The notes: generated by a model from the sequence alone, not told the origin. A stretch of 64,000 nucleotides of DNA from Planctomycetota bacterium (GCA_038212275.1 JBBQUR010000008.1:64001-128000); one strand, 5' to 3'. Positions 18,413-30,458 are shown, numbered from the stretch's first letter. Translations and numbers: made by a program.

Positions 18413-19222
18413 ATGCAACTCCACATGAACGACCTCAGGGACTTCTTTGCCCTCCACCCGGTGTTCACGCGGGGCGAGTTCGCGGCGGCGACCGAGAACC
18501 CCAACCAGCGGACAGTCGACTCCATGCTCCGCTATCACGTTGCGCGACGCCATATCGTGCGGGTCAGGCGCATGCTTTACGCGGCAGTGCCACCCGGAGC
18601 GGACGCCGGTACCTTTCAGCCCGATCCGTTTCTCACTGCGAGCCGTGCATCTCCGACAGCGGTGATTGCGTACCACTCAGCACTGGAGTTTCACGGGCTT
18701 GCCTATGCCTCACATCCTGGCCGCGTGATCGCCGCATGCGCCGAGGCTGTTCGATCCTTCGAGTTTCGCGGGCGCGAGTTCCGCCTCGTTCGGCCCCCAC
18801 GGTCCCTGCTTCGCGTATCGCTTTGGTCCGATGAAGTCCTGACCACGTCTCGCGCGGGCCTTCCTCTCAAGGTGACCTCTCCCGAGCGCTCGATCGTGGA
18901 CGTCCTCGATCGGCCTGAACTTGGAGACGGGCTCGCTTCCACATGGGTGGCGATTTCGAGCCTCGGTTCGATACGCATGGCCGGAATCGTTGACTACGCC
19001 GAGCGGCTCGGCCACCGAGCCACGGCTGGGCTCGTTGGCCTCCTCTTGTCTCAGCAGCCTCCTGAAGCTGGAGTCACACGGGCCCACCTGGACCGCCTCA
19101 TGACGCTCGCACCCCGCCGCCCGATCTATGTGGGCGGACGCGAAGCCGCGAAACTCGCGAAGCCGTGGAACGTCATGGTTCCTGCGCTTCTCCTTGACCG
19201 ACCTCGGGAATCCGATTCGTGA
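18413..19222 (+). CDS. Type IV TA antitoxin / transcriptional regulator, AbiEi family
   Basis: N-terminal wHTH 'HPVFTRGEF..RVRRMLY'; 'IAYHSALEFHG'; 'VTSPERSIVDVLDRPELG'; start could be 18425. Confidence 0.82.
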   Translation: MQLHMNDLRDFFALHPVFTRGEFAAATENPNQRTVDSMLRYHVARRHIVRVRRMLYAAVPPGADAGTFQPDPFLTASRASPTAVIAYHSALEFHGLAYASHPGRVIAACAEAVRSFEFRGREFRLVRPPRSLLRVSLWSDEVLTTSRAGLPLKVTSPERSIVDVLDRPELGDGLASTWVAISSLGSIRMAGIVDYAERLGHRATAGLVGLLLSQQPPEAGVTRAHLDRLMTLAPRRPIYVGGREAAKLAKPWNVMVPALLLDRPRESDS

Positions 19223-20211
19223 AGCTCGATCCTGTCGAACTGCAACGGCTGTCGGCACAGCGAGGATACTCGGTTGACGACATCGAAAAGGCGATCGTCC
19301 TGATGTCGATTCTCCAGGGGATTTGCAATCACGCCGACCTCGGAAGCGCCTTCGCGTTGACGGGAGGAGCTGCGCTGAACTTCTTCCATGCCAACCTGCC
19401 GCGGCACTCGCGAGACCTCGACATCAACTATGTCGAGGATGTCTCCCGCGAGACAATGCTGGTGCGTCGAGATTCACTTGAGGCAGCGTTGCACTCGCTC
19501 TGCAAACAGCTTGGCGTGAATGTCAGGCGCGTACTCAGTGAGCACGCGGGTGGAACCTGGAGCTGCCGGTTCGAAGACCACACGGGGCGCTCACGCAACG
19601 TGAGTCTCGACGTGTCGTGGATCGCGAGGGTGCCTCTCTGGCCGGTGAGGCGTGTCGACGGAATACACCTTGGCACTCACTCTGTCCGCAACATGCAGCT
19701 CTTGTCGATCGAGGAGATCACCGTCGGAAAGATTCTTGCGCTGCTTGGGCGATCCGAGCCACGCGATGTGTTTGACGCTTCCATGCTGTTTGCTCGAAGC
19801 GACTTCAAGCTGGAAGCCATTCGCACCGGATTCATCGCCCTCAGCCTCGCAACCCGCGACCTCGATTTGCGTGAGATCGATCCGGAAACGATGCTCCGCC
19901 ACGACCCGAGAGCCGTCAGGTCCGGGCTCGCGCGACTGCTCGTACGCGGTTCCATTCCGACGGGCAGCGATGGGATCGCCTGGGTCACGGCTCAACTCGA
20001 TGCATGCCGAGAAGTACTTCGTGAGATGCTCCGACTGCGACCCGCCGAAGTGGCATTTCTCGAGGCAGCCCTCGACCAAGGTGAAGTACGCGCGGATCTG
20101 CTTGAATGCGACCCGCCGCTGCGAGACCGAATATCTCGGCATCCGGCAATCCAATGGCGCGCGCTGAATATTCAACGTCACGCCAAAGGCGAACGCGACG
20201 CATCCGCCTGA
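19219..20211 (+). CDS. AbiEii/AbiGii family nucleotidyltransferase toxin
   Basis: 'LTGGAALN', 'RHSRDLD', 'GKILALLGRSEPRDVFD'; GTGA overlap with antitoxin. Confidence 0.88.
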   Translation: MKLDPVELQRLSAQRGYSVDDIEKAIVLMSILQGICNHADLGSAFALTGGAALNFFHANLPRHSRDLDINYVEDVSRETMLVRRDSLEAALHSLCKQLGVNVRRVLSEHAGGTWSCRFEDHTGRSRNVSLDVSWIARVPLWPVRRVDGIHLGTHSVRNMQLLSIEEITVGKILALLGRSEPRDVFDASMLFARSDFKLEAIRTGFIALSLATRDLDLREIDPETMLRHDPRAVRSGLARLLVRGSIPTGSDGIAWVTAQLDACREVLREMLRLRPAEVAFLEAALDQGEVRADLLECDPPLRDRISRHPAIQWRALNIQRHAKGERDASA

Positions 20212-20299
20212 GGGCGCTCCGCAGTCCTGAGTGACCCATTCCCTCGCCCGGATCCGGGATCGACGCGCAGCGCTCGATGGTCGGGAGCTACGTCGCGAG

Positions 20300-20488
20300 T
20301 CAGGTGGGCCTCGGGTGGCAGGCGGTGGCCTTCAGATACTTCTCGATGCAGTGCTGGGCATGGAAGCAGACGGCGTCCGTCGGACAGCCGCGTTTCATGC
20401 GGAGCGTGCAGGCGGCCGCTGCCAGGTCGTGCTCGGCCTTTTCCACCCACTCGGCGACGACGATCAGAATCCTATCCTGCTCGGGCAT
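20300..20488 (-). pseudogene. Truncated HEPN-domain toxin (N-terminal half only)
   Basis: 'EWVEKAEHDLAAA..CFHAQHCIEKYLKA' then diverges and stops after ~62 aa; overlaps the MNT gene end. Confidence 0.75.
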
Positions 20489-20804
20489 ACAGGACTCGGC
20501 CCTCGTGTGCGGCGGGCCACTCGATCGTGCCGACGACATGGGATCGCCAGGCGTACGACTCGGGCGTGACGACCACGATGTCCTTGGGCATGCGGATGTC
20601 GTGCAGCAACGTGCCGATCTCCACGGCGGCCTCGCGGCGGGAGCCCTTCACGGGCATGACAACGAGCAGGTCCACGTCACTGTCGTTGCGCGCCGTGCCG
20701 CTGGCATGCGAGCCGAAGAGAATGATCCGCTCCGGATCGAAACGGCCCACGATGCGCCGGACCATTTCAGTCAGCGCTCGATCGATGCCGGGGACCTTCT
20801 TCAT
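20472..20804 (-). CDS. Minimal nucleotidyltransferase (MNT) antitoxin
   Basis: 'PERIILFGSHASGTARNDSDVDLLVV' (GSx10DxD); 110 aa. Confidence 0.9.
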   Translation of the reverse strand: MKKVPGIDRALTEMVRRIVGRFDPERIILFGSHASGTARNDSDVDLLVVMPVKGSRREAAVEIGTLLHDIRMPKDIVVVTPESYAWRSHVVGTIEWPAAHEGRVLYARAG

Positions 20805-20841
20805 GCGGGTCTCGTCTGCGATCGGATACGGCGACGCCGGC

Positions 20842-21774
20842 TCAGCCGGCCAGCTGGCCCTCCATGAGGATCCGCTGCGCGGGCATCGGTCCCGGCACGC
20901 CGGCGCCGGCCAGCGCCAGCTTGACGCTCTCCGTCAGGTCGGCGGTCAGGCTCACCACGTCCCCGGGCTTGCACCACGGACGCACGGACAACCGGATCGC
21001 GTCGTTGGCCAGCGACGCGACGCCGATGCCGATCGCCGGCTCCTTCAGCACGCGCGGGTCGGCAGTCACGACGTTCACGATGAGCTTCTTGGTGGCCGCG
21101 AGGTCCCCGTCGTGGCCCACGTCGAAGAACAGGTCCACGCGGCGCGTGCTGTTCGCGGTGAAGTTCACGATGCAACCCGCGGTGATGGCGGCGTTGGGCA
21201 CGATGATGCGGATGTTGTCCGGCGTGTCGAGCGTGCTCGCGAACACGCCGATCTCCTGCACGACGCCGGTCTGGCCTGCGACCGTCACCAGGTCGCCCAC
21301 GCGGACGGGCCGGAAGAGCATCAGCATCACGCCGCTCGCGAGGTTGCCGAGGCTGCCCTGCAGCGCGAAACCGACGGCGAGGCCGGCGGCGCCGAGGATC
21401 GCGATGAACGAAGCCGTCTCCACGCCCAGCTTGCCCAGCGCGGAGATCACGACCAGCGTGAACAGCGTGTAGTACGCGATGTTGGCGAGGAACTTCGCGA
21501 GCGTGGCGTCCACGTTGCTGCGCACGAGCAACGCACGGACACCGCGCGTCACCAGCTTGGCGATCCACACGCCCAGGATCAGCGTGACCAAGGCGCCGAT
21601 CAGCGACGGCGCGAAGCCCTCGGCCCACGCGCCGATCCGGGAGAGCAGGTCCGCGGGGTGCGTGATCGCGTCCAGCGGCGTGGCGGCGCCGGCTGCGCCG
21701 GCAGCGCCTGCCGCGTTGGCCGCACCGTCCTGAGGCAGCAGTGAAGTGGCCAGGAACGGGATGAAGGCGAACAT
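20842..21774 (-). CDS. mscS: Small-conductance mechanosensitive channel
   Basis: 'ILGAAGLAVGFALQGSLGNLASGVMLMLFRPVRVGD', 'IIVPN', 'RRVDL'. Confidence 0.92.
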   Translation of the reverse strand: MFAFIPFLATSLLPQDGAANAAGAAGAAGAATPLDAITHPADLLSRIGAWAEGFAPSLIGALVTLILGVWIAKLVTRGVRALLVRSNVDATLAKFLANIAYYTLFTLVVISALGKLGVETASFIAILGAAGLAVGFALQGSLGNLASGVMLMLFRPVRVGDLVTVAGQTGVVQEIGVFASTLDTPDNIRIIVPNAAITAGCIVNFTANSTRRVDLFFDVGHDGDLAATKKLIVNVVTADPRVLKEPAIGIGVASLANDAIRLSVRPWCKPGDVVSLTADLTESVKLALAGAGVPGPMPAQRILMEGQLAG

Positions 21775-21951
21775 GGGTCTTCCCTCGGAGAGCTGGATGC
21801 GGGGAGTCGGCGAGACTCGACCCGACAGCGTACGCGCGGATTGCGCGCTCCGGCGGAGGTGCCCGTAAACCTGCGTGATGGGCCGGCGACGTTGCCGGCA
21901 GGCGCGCGCCTCACAGCAGTGAGCGGCGCTTGCCGAGCTGTCCCGCGCGAC

Positions 21952-22944
21952 TCAGGGCGTGACGCCCTTCAAACCGTTGCTCAGCGCGACTCCCTGCGCG
22001 GCTGCCGCGTCCTGAATCGCGTACTGGAAGTAGATCGAGGTCGCCGGGGGCACGCCTGCCGGCCACACGAAGGGCAGAACGATCGCGCCGCCGCCGTTGG
22101 TGATCAGGGACAGCGTCAGCAAGGCCGGAACGGGAATCAGCGTGCCACCCTTGAAGGGCGTCGGCGTGCTCGCCAGCGACAGGAACAACACGGCAGTCGA
22201 GTTGGGCCGGGCCGATGTCAGCGACAGACTTCCCGCAGAGCCCGCGGCCAGCGTGCCTGTCCCCACGAGGTGTGGGACGCCATTGAGGCCGGCGAGCCCC
22301 GCCCCGATCTCCTGGAACACAGGCGCCAGGACGACACTGTCCAGACCCGCCTCGCTGCTGGGAGCCGGAGTGCCGTTATAAAACGTGACTGTCGTGGAGG
22401 TTCCCGTCGCAACGAAGGTCGTCGTGAACTGCTTCCAGTTGATCGTGCCTGATGTCACCGTCGCATTGGTGTACCCGACACGAGGGCCACCATTGATGCT
22501 CAGATCCACTGTGGTCGGCGTCGAATAAATGGGACTGGCACTGGACGCTCGTCCCACGAAGAACGAGAGGGTGTAAGCCTGTCCATTAATCGTCTGGACC
22601 GTTTGCTGGACGCCGCTCGTGAACCCGTTGTTTCCCACACCGGTCAAGTCCAGCGAGTTCATTCCCGCTTGTGCGGTGAAAGCTGAAATGCCGTTTCCTG
22701 GCTCGGCATAGTTCGTATGCAGGAGAAGAACAGCGCTCCCCACGACCGTCCAGCCTCCCAGAGCCTGACCACCGCCCAATGACGTGAAGCCGCCCACGGG
22801 AGCGGAGGGAGTCTCGAACCCACCGTTCAGCAGGGAGTCCGCATGCACGCTCGGGACCATCGCGCTGAGTGCCAGCAGGACGGAACCCATGAGCGTGCGT
22901 GCTCCAAGGCGTCGATGGGCGGATATGAAATGGGAAGCGCTCAT
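21952..22944 (-). CDS. Secreted DUF642/choice-of-anchor C-like jelly-roll protein with ~110-aa C-terminal domain
   Basis: Signal peptide; 'LLNGGFETP', 'GWTVVG', 'SLDLTG..GVQQTV.T..GQAYTLSF', 'GLDSVVL'; visibly lower-GC codons. Confidence 0.75.
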   Translation of the reverse strand: MSASHFISAHRRLGARTLMGSVLLALSAMVPSVHADSLLNGGFETPSAPVGGFTSLGGGQALGGWTVVGSAVLLLHTNYAEPGNGISAFTAQAGMNSLDLTGVGNNGFTSGVQQTVQTINGQAYTLSFFVGRASSASPIYSTPTTVDLSINGGPRVGYTNATVTSGTINWKQFTTTFVATGTSTTVTFYNGTPAPSSEAGLDSVVLAPVFQEIGAGLAGLNGVPHLVGTGTLAAGSAGSLSLTSARPNSTAVLFLSLASTPTPFKGGTLIPVPALLTLSLITNGGGAIVLPFVWPAGVPPATSIYFQYAIQDAAAAQGVALSNGLKGVTP

Positions 22945-23234
22945 GGTCGGAGCCTCGCGAGAGTGGAGTCGGTGCTGCGCCCCGGGGGCACCACCTTCCT
23001 CATCGGAATCCCGGCAAGCGTGTGACAAAGGGCGTGGCCCTCCAGCCGCCGGCCGTGCTCCTCCACGGACTTCACGGGGCGGGCCGCACAGGTGGGCCGG
23101 ACCGCCGCGGCCCCCGCCTCCGCAAAGTCGCGGTGTCTTCGCCCGCAGTTCCGTGAACGGACTGCGTGTCCGGGCCAATCGGTGGCTGCAGGGCTGACTT
23201 GACCCAAGCCCCGCCCCCCGGAGCACGTCCACCC

Positions 23235-23253
23235 CGCGGGCTGCAAGCCCGCG
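23235..23253 (-). terminator. GC hairpin just downstream of the tRNA 3' end (possible terminator, no U-tract)
   Basis: CGCGGGCT-GCA-AGCCCGCG inverted repeat. Confidence 0.4.
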
Positions 23254-23260
23254 CATCGAG

Positions 23261-23334
23261 TGGTTCCCGAACTAGGATTCGAACCTAGATAACCAGATCC
23301 AGAATCTGGTGTCCTGCCGTTGGACGATTCGGGA
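23261..23334 (-). tRNA. tRNA-Gln (anticodon CUG)
   Basis: Minus strand TCCCGAATCGTCCAACGGCAGGACACCAGATTCTGGATCTGGTTATCTAGGTTCGAATCCTAGTTCGGGAACCA: 7-bp acceptor stem, CCAGA/TCTGG anticodon stem with CTG, TTCGAAT T-loop, encoded CCA. Confidence 0.97.
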
Positions 23335-23361
23335 AACGAGCAGCAAAGGGACAGGGGGCGG

Positions 23362-23391
23362 ATTCTGGCCGACGCGCGGGGCGCGCGTCAA
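23362..23391 (-). promoter_or_regulatory. Sigma70-like promoter for tRNA-Gln
   Basis: Minus strand TTGACG-N18-CAGAAT. Confidence 0.55.
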
Positions 23392-23456
23392 CGCTGCAAC
23401 CGCGCCGGCACCTCGATTCGCGCCGACAGGCCGGGCTTTGCGAGAATCTCGGCCCG

Positions 23457-24497
23457 ATGTCCACGCCAAGCAACTCGCCGACTCCGCCTGCGACGCCCGC
23501 CTCGGGCAACGCCCCTGCCTCGGCTTCGCCGTCCGCGCTGCCATCGCCGTCAGCACTGTCATCGCCGTCGGCACCGGCCTCGCCAGCCGCCCCGCACCCC
23601 GTGCTCTTCACCCCCGACGAGCGCCCGACCTTCCTCGGCCTCGACGACGCCGGCCCCGTCGCAGCCCAGCTCGCCATCGTCTGCGCCCCCTACGACCTGA
23701 CCTCCACCTACGGCAAGGGCGCGGACCGCGGCCCCGACGCGGCCCTCGCGGCCAGCGGCGCCGTCGAGACCTGGGACGACGAGACCTCCACCGACCTCGA
23801 GGCCCTCGCCTACACCACCTGGCGCCCCGCCGACCCCGCCGCCTTCGGGCGCCTGTCGCCGGAGGCCATGGTCGCGGAGCTTGAGGTCGCCCACGAATCC
23901 TTCCTCGCGCGCGGCATCCCGACGCTCGGCATCGGCGGCGAGCACTCCATCACCTATGGGCAGTTCGCGGCGCTGCGCAAGCGGCACCCCGATCTCGCCG
24001 TGCTGCAGTTCGACGCGCACTGCGACCTGCGCGACACCTACAAGGGCAGCAAGCACAGCCACGCCTGCATCGCGCGCCGCTTCGTCGAGGACGGCGCGCC
24101 GCTGGTGCAGGTCGGCATGCGCAGTTGCAGCCGCGAGGAAGCCGCCTTCATCAAGGAGCGCGGGCTCACCGTGCACTGGGCGCGCGACGTCGTCGGCCGC
24201 GTCGCCTTCCACCGCGACGTGCTCGCGGTGCTCGCCGACCGCCCCGTCTTCGTGACCGTGGATCTCGACGGCTTCGACCCGTCGCTCGTGCCCGCCACCG
24301 GCACGCCCGAGCCCGGCGGCCTGCTCTGGTTCGACGTCACGCGCCTGCTCGCGATGGTCGCGCGCCACTGCAAAGTCGTCGGCGCCGACATCACCGAGCT
24401 GGCCCCGACCCCCGACGGCATCTTCTCGCGCCCGAGCGAGTTCCTCGCTGCGCGCCTCGCCGCCAAGATGGTCGCCTACTTCTGGGCGCCGCGCTGA
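23457..24497 (+). CDS. speB: Agmatinase (ureohydrolase family)
   Basis: 'GGEHSIT', 'DAHCD', 'SHAC', 'DLDGFDPS..PATGTPEPGG'. Confidence 0.9.
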   Translation: MSTPSNSPTPPATPASGNAPASASPSALPSPSALSSPSAPASPAAPHPVLFTPDERPTFLGLDDAGPVAAQLAIVCAPYDLTSTYGKGADRGPDAALAASGAVETWDDETSTDLEALAYTTWRPADPAAFGRLSPEAMVAELEVAHESFLARGIPTLGIGGEHSITYGQFAALRKRHPDLAVLQFDAHCDLRDTYKGSKHSHACIARRFVEDGAPLVQVGMRSCSREEAAFIKERGLTVHWARDVVGRVAFHRDVLAVLADRPVFVTVDLDGFDPSLVPATGTPEPGGLLWFDVTRLLAMVARHCKVVGADITELAPTPDGIFSRPSEFLAARLAAKMVAYFWAPR

Positions 24498-24581
24498 CGC
24501 GTCCCGGCGCGTCCCGGCCGGGCCGCTCGATTCCGCCTTGGTCGCTTCGCGGCGGCGACAGCCTCTGCAGTCCTGCCGGAC

Positions 24582-24935
24582 TCACGCCGCCGTGAGGTAG
24601 TCCGGCGGCGCGAAAATGCCCCGGCTGCGCAGTGGCTCGGGCCCCTGTTCGCGGCACATCCGGCGCAGCCTGGGCATCGTGTCGGCGGCGCGCACCAGGA
24701 ACACCTCGCGCGGTGAGCGTGGAACCGCGTGCACCCAGGCGGGCACCGGCACGCCAGCCCGCTGAGACAGCATCTCGACCAACCCAGCGGCGACCGCGAG
24801 CTCCGTGGCGTCCAGTCCGGCAGGACGCAAGATCTCAGTCCAGCGCAAGCCGCTGCTCGCCGCCTCCGCGACCCACTCTCGCGCCGCGAGCGATTCATAC
24901 GCAAGCACCGCACGGACAAGCTCACGCAGATCCAC
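24582..24935 (-). CDS. Small hypothetical protein, possible partner of the upstream nucleotidyltransferase remnant
   Basis: GTG start overlapping the upstream remnant's end; 'GVPVPAW..P.SP..VFL..GPEPLRSRGIF' resembles partners of DUF6036-type NTases. Confidence 0.55.
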   Translation of the reverse strand: MDLRELVRAVLAYESLAAREWVAEAASSGLRWTEILRPAGLDATELAVAAGLVEMLSQRAGVPVPAWVHAVPRSPREVFLVRAADTMPRLRRMCREQGPEPLRSRGIFAPPDYLTAA

Positions 24936-25197
24936 GGCTCGACTCCCAGAGATCCTCGAAAGCATACCGCGCCTTCAAGTCTCTTCCCGGCACGATGAAC
25001 GGCAACACGGACTCCCAGACATCCTCGCGAGCTCCAGAAAGGCTGGAGAGAAGCAGCCGCGCATCCTCGATATCCACGTCGTCGCGCCAAGCGGCCAGCT
25101 TCATGGCGAGAAGCTGCGCAGTGCCCAGCGTTCGAACGCGCAGCGACGTGCATTCAAGCAGCGTCTCGCCCTCGGCGGCGTTGCCCGCACCGGAACT
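24922..25197 (-). pseudogene. C-terminal remnant of a DUF6036-like nucleotidyltransferase
   Basis: Open frame 'LRVRTLGTAQLLAMKLAAWRDDVDIEDARLL'; no N-terminal catalytic part. Confidence 0.55.
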
Positions 25198-27711
<2,514 letters not shown>

Positions 27712-27868
27712 GCCGCCTCCGCCCCCGGTCACGCCTGCGGCCGCATCCCCGTTGGCGATCGCGATCCGGGGCTCCGTTGCAGAGGCTGTTGCAGCCTCGG
27801 TCGGGGTCACGGTCGGGGTCCCGGTGGCGCCGCGGTGCCACGGGCGTTCTTCGGGCGTTCCGTTGGAT

Positions 27869-28948
27869 GTGCTGTTCACGCTGCTCCTCGCCCTGTGCCT
27901 CGCGGTCTCTGCGCCGCCGCTCACCGCGCAGGACGCCCCGCGCGCGCAGGACGATCCGCCGCCGCCCGACCGCGGTGTCGCCGCCGCTCTCGCCGCCGCG
28001 GATGCAGCGCACGCACCGTTCGTGCAGACGATACCCGGCACGCTGGTGACCATCGAGATGCTGCCCGTCGGCGAGCTGTGGTGGAGCCGCACCGAAATCA
28101 CGTGGGACGCCTACGACGTGCTGGTGTTCGGCCTCGATCACGTCACGCCGCCCGGCGCGGGCGACGCCGTGCCTGCGGAGGCGTCGCCATCGCCACAGGC
28201 GCCATCTCTATCGGCGCCCTCCCCGCCGCGAGCAGGACCCGACGCCGCCGAACCGGAGACGCCGCTCGTCACGCCACGCGATCCGTCGCGGCCGGGCGAT
28301 CCGGCACGACCACGCGATCCGTCGCGGCCGGGCGAGAATGGCGCGGACGGCAGCGCGAACGAGGAGGTGCGCGGTCCCGACGCGGTGCTGCGACCCACCA
28401 AGCCGCACATCGTCACGGACCGCGGCTTCGGGCATGCGGGCTACCCGGCGCTGTCGCTGAGTGCGCGCGGCGCGCAGTCCTTCTGCGAGTGGCTCTCGGC
28501 GGTGAGCGGTCGTCGCTATCGGCTTCCGACGGAAGCGGAATGGGAGGCCGCCTGTCGCGCCAACGCGCCGCCGGGCACCGCGCCGGATGCGGTGTGGAGT
28601 TGCGGCGACGATCCAGCCGCCGTGCCGGAGTTCGCGTGGCATCGCGAGAACAGCGAGCGCAAGACGCACCCCGTCGGCAGCAAGGCGGCCGGCGCGCTCG
28701 GATTGCAGGACCTGCACGGCAACGTCGCGGAGTGGTGCCTCGCAGCCGACGGCACCGCGGTACTCAAGGGCGGCAGCTATCGCGACCCCGTGAAGGCCCT
28801 GCGCATCGACGCGCGGCAGGTGCCCGTCGCCGCCTGGAATCAGAGCGACCCCAACCTGCCCAGGAGCAAGTGGTGGCTCGCCGACGCGCCCTTCGCCGGC
28901 TTCCGCATCGTGTGCGAAGGCGCTGCATCGCCCCCGGCAGCACACTGA
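27869..28948 (+). CDS. Secreted FGE-sulfatase (SUMF1/EgtB/PvdO) domain protein
   Basis: 'YRLPTEAEWEAAC', 'THPVGSK', 'GLQDLHGNVAEW', 'KGGSY', 'GFRIV'; signal peptide; start approximate. Confidence 0.85.
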   Translation: MLFTLLLALCLAVSAPPLTAQDAPRAQDDPPPPDRGVAAALAAADAAHAPFVQTIPGTLVTIEMLPVGELWWSRTEITWDAYDVLVFGLDHVTPPGAGDAVPAEASPSPQAPSLSAPSPPRAGPDAAEPETPLVTPRDPSRPGDPARPRDPSRPGENGADGSANEEVRGPDAVLRPTKPHIVTDRGFGHAGYPALSLSARGAQSFCEWLSAVSGRRYRLPTEAEWEAACRANAPPGTAPDAVWSCGDDPAAVPEFAWHRENSERKTHPVGSKAAGALGLQDLHGNVAEWCLAADGTAVLKGGSYRDPVKALRIDARQVPVAAWNQSDPNLPRSKWWLADAPFAGFRIVCEGAASPPAAH

Positions 28949-29045
28949 CAGCGACGACGCCCGACGCGCGCCCCGCGTGCGCCCCGCGTGCGTCCCTCAA
29001 TGCGCCGAGCCTGATAGACTCCGGCCCTTCCTCCGGAGACGCGCG

Positions 29046-30458
29046 ATGGCCAGTGAGTCCCAGCATGGTGGCGGCTTCCCCCCTCGGCCGGGCCTCTCGC
29101 GGCGCGACTTCCTGCACGGCGGCATGCTCGCCGCGGCGGGCTTCACCCTCGGGCCGGGCGGCCTGCTGCAGCCGGTCGCTTCGCTGGCCAACGCCTCGGC
29201 CCGCGCTTCGGCCGGCGCGCTCCGGCGTCCCGCGACGCGCCCCTTCGCCGCGCTGCCGGCGCAGCATGCGGACGTGCTGCGCATCGGCCTCATCGGCTGC
29301 GGCGGGCGCGGCACCGGCGCGGCGCTGCAGTGCCTGCTCACCGAGCCCGGCACGGTGGTGCTCGTCGCGATGGCCGATGCCTTCCAGGACCGCATCGACT
29401 CCTCGCTCGACGCGCTGCGCGGCGAACTCGCAGAAACCGCCGACGCCAGGCTGCAGGTGCCGCCGGACAGGCAGTTCACCGGCTTCGACGCGGCGGCGAA
29501 ACTCATCGCCTCCGACGTGGACCTCGTGCTGCTCACCACGCCGCCGCACTTCCGGCCGGCGTATCTCGCGGCCGCGATCGCCGCGAACAAGCACGTCTTC
29601 TGCGAAAAGCCCATGGCGGTGGATGCGCCCGGCATCCGCTCCGTGCTCGAGACCGTCGCGCTGGCAAAGGCGAAGCAGCGCGCGCTCGTGGCCGGCTTCT
29701 GCTGGCGCTACAACCAGCGACACCGCGAGCTCTACGCCCGCGTGCAGGACGGCGCGATCGGCGACATCCGCGCCGTGTACAGCACCTACAACTCCTCGCC
29801 CATCGGCACGCACGCGCGGCAGCCCGGCTGGTCCGACATGGAGTGGCAGCTCCGCAACTGGCACACCTTCACGTGGCTCTCGGGCGATCACATCACCGAG
29901 CAGGCCTGCCACAGCCTCGACAAGCAGGCCTGGGCCTTCGGCGACGTGCCGCCGCTCTCGGTCGTCGCGGTGGGCGGCAACGCGGCGCGCGACTATCCCG
30001 AGCGCGGCGATGCCTTCGACCACTTCGGCGTCACCTTCGACTATCCGAACGAGGCCAAGGCCTTTCACATGTGCCGGCAGATTCCCAATTGCGCCAACGA
30101 GAACAACGATTGGATCTGGGGCACGAAGGGCGACGCGCGCATCGAGGGCTGGACACCCCTGCACGTGATCTCCGGCGCCAACGCCTGGGAGTACGAGGGC
30201 GAGGGCAACGACATGTACCAGACCGAGCACGATGAACTCGTCGCCTCGATCCGCGCCGGCACGCCGATCAACGACGGCGAGTGGATGGCCCGCAGCTCCA
30301 TGCTGGCGATCATGGCGCGCCTGGCCGCGACCACCGGCCAGCGCCTCACCTGGGAACAGGCGCTGGCCAGCACGGAGCGCCTCGGCCCCGTGACGTACGA
30401 GTTCGGGCCGCTGCCCGTCGGCCCGACGCCTGTTCCGGGACGTACGCCCTTCGTCTGA
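29046..30458 (+). CDS. Tat-exported Gfo/Idh/MocA family oxidoreductase
   Basis: Twin-Arg 'SRRDFL'; 'IGLIGCGGRGTGA', 'KHVFCEKP', 'EQACHSLD'. Confidence 0.92.
   Translation: MASESQHGGGFPPRPGLSRRDFLHGGMLAAAGFTLGPGGLLQPVASLANASARASAGALRRPATRPFAALPAQHADVLRIGLIGCGGRGTGAALQCLLTEPGTVVLVAMADAFQDRIDSSLDALRGELAETADARLQVPPDRQFTGFDAAAKLIASDVDLVLLTTPPHFRPAYLAAAIAANKHVFCEKPMAVDAPGIRSVLETVALAKAKQRALVAGFCWRYNQRHRELYARVQDGAIGDIRAVYSTYNSSPIGTHARQPGWSDMEWQLRNWHTFTWLSGDHITEQACHSLDKQAWAFGDVPPLSVVAVGGNAARDYPERGDAFDHFGVTFDYPNEAKAFHMCRQIPNCANENNDWIWGTKGDARIEGWTPLHVISGANAWEYEGEGNDMYQTEHDELVASIRAGTPINDGEWMARSSMLAIMARLAATTGQRLTWEQALASTERLGPVTYEFGPLPVGPTPVPGRTPFV

Noticed and set aside
22945..23230. Riboswitch or ncRNA upstream of the DUF642-like gene
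   Set aside because: Several GC hairpins but no recognisable conserved motif
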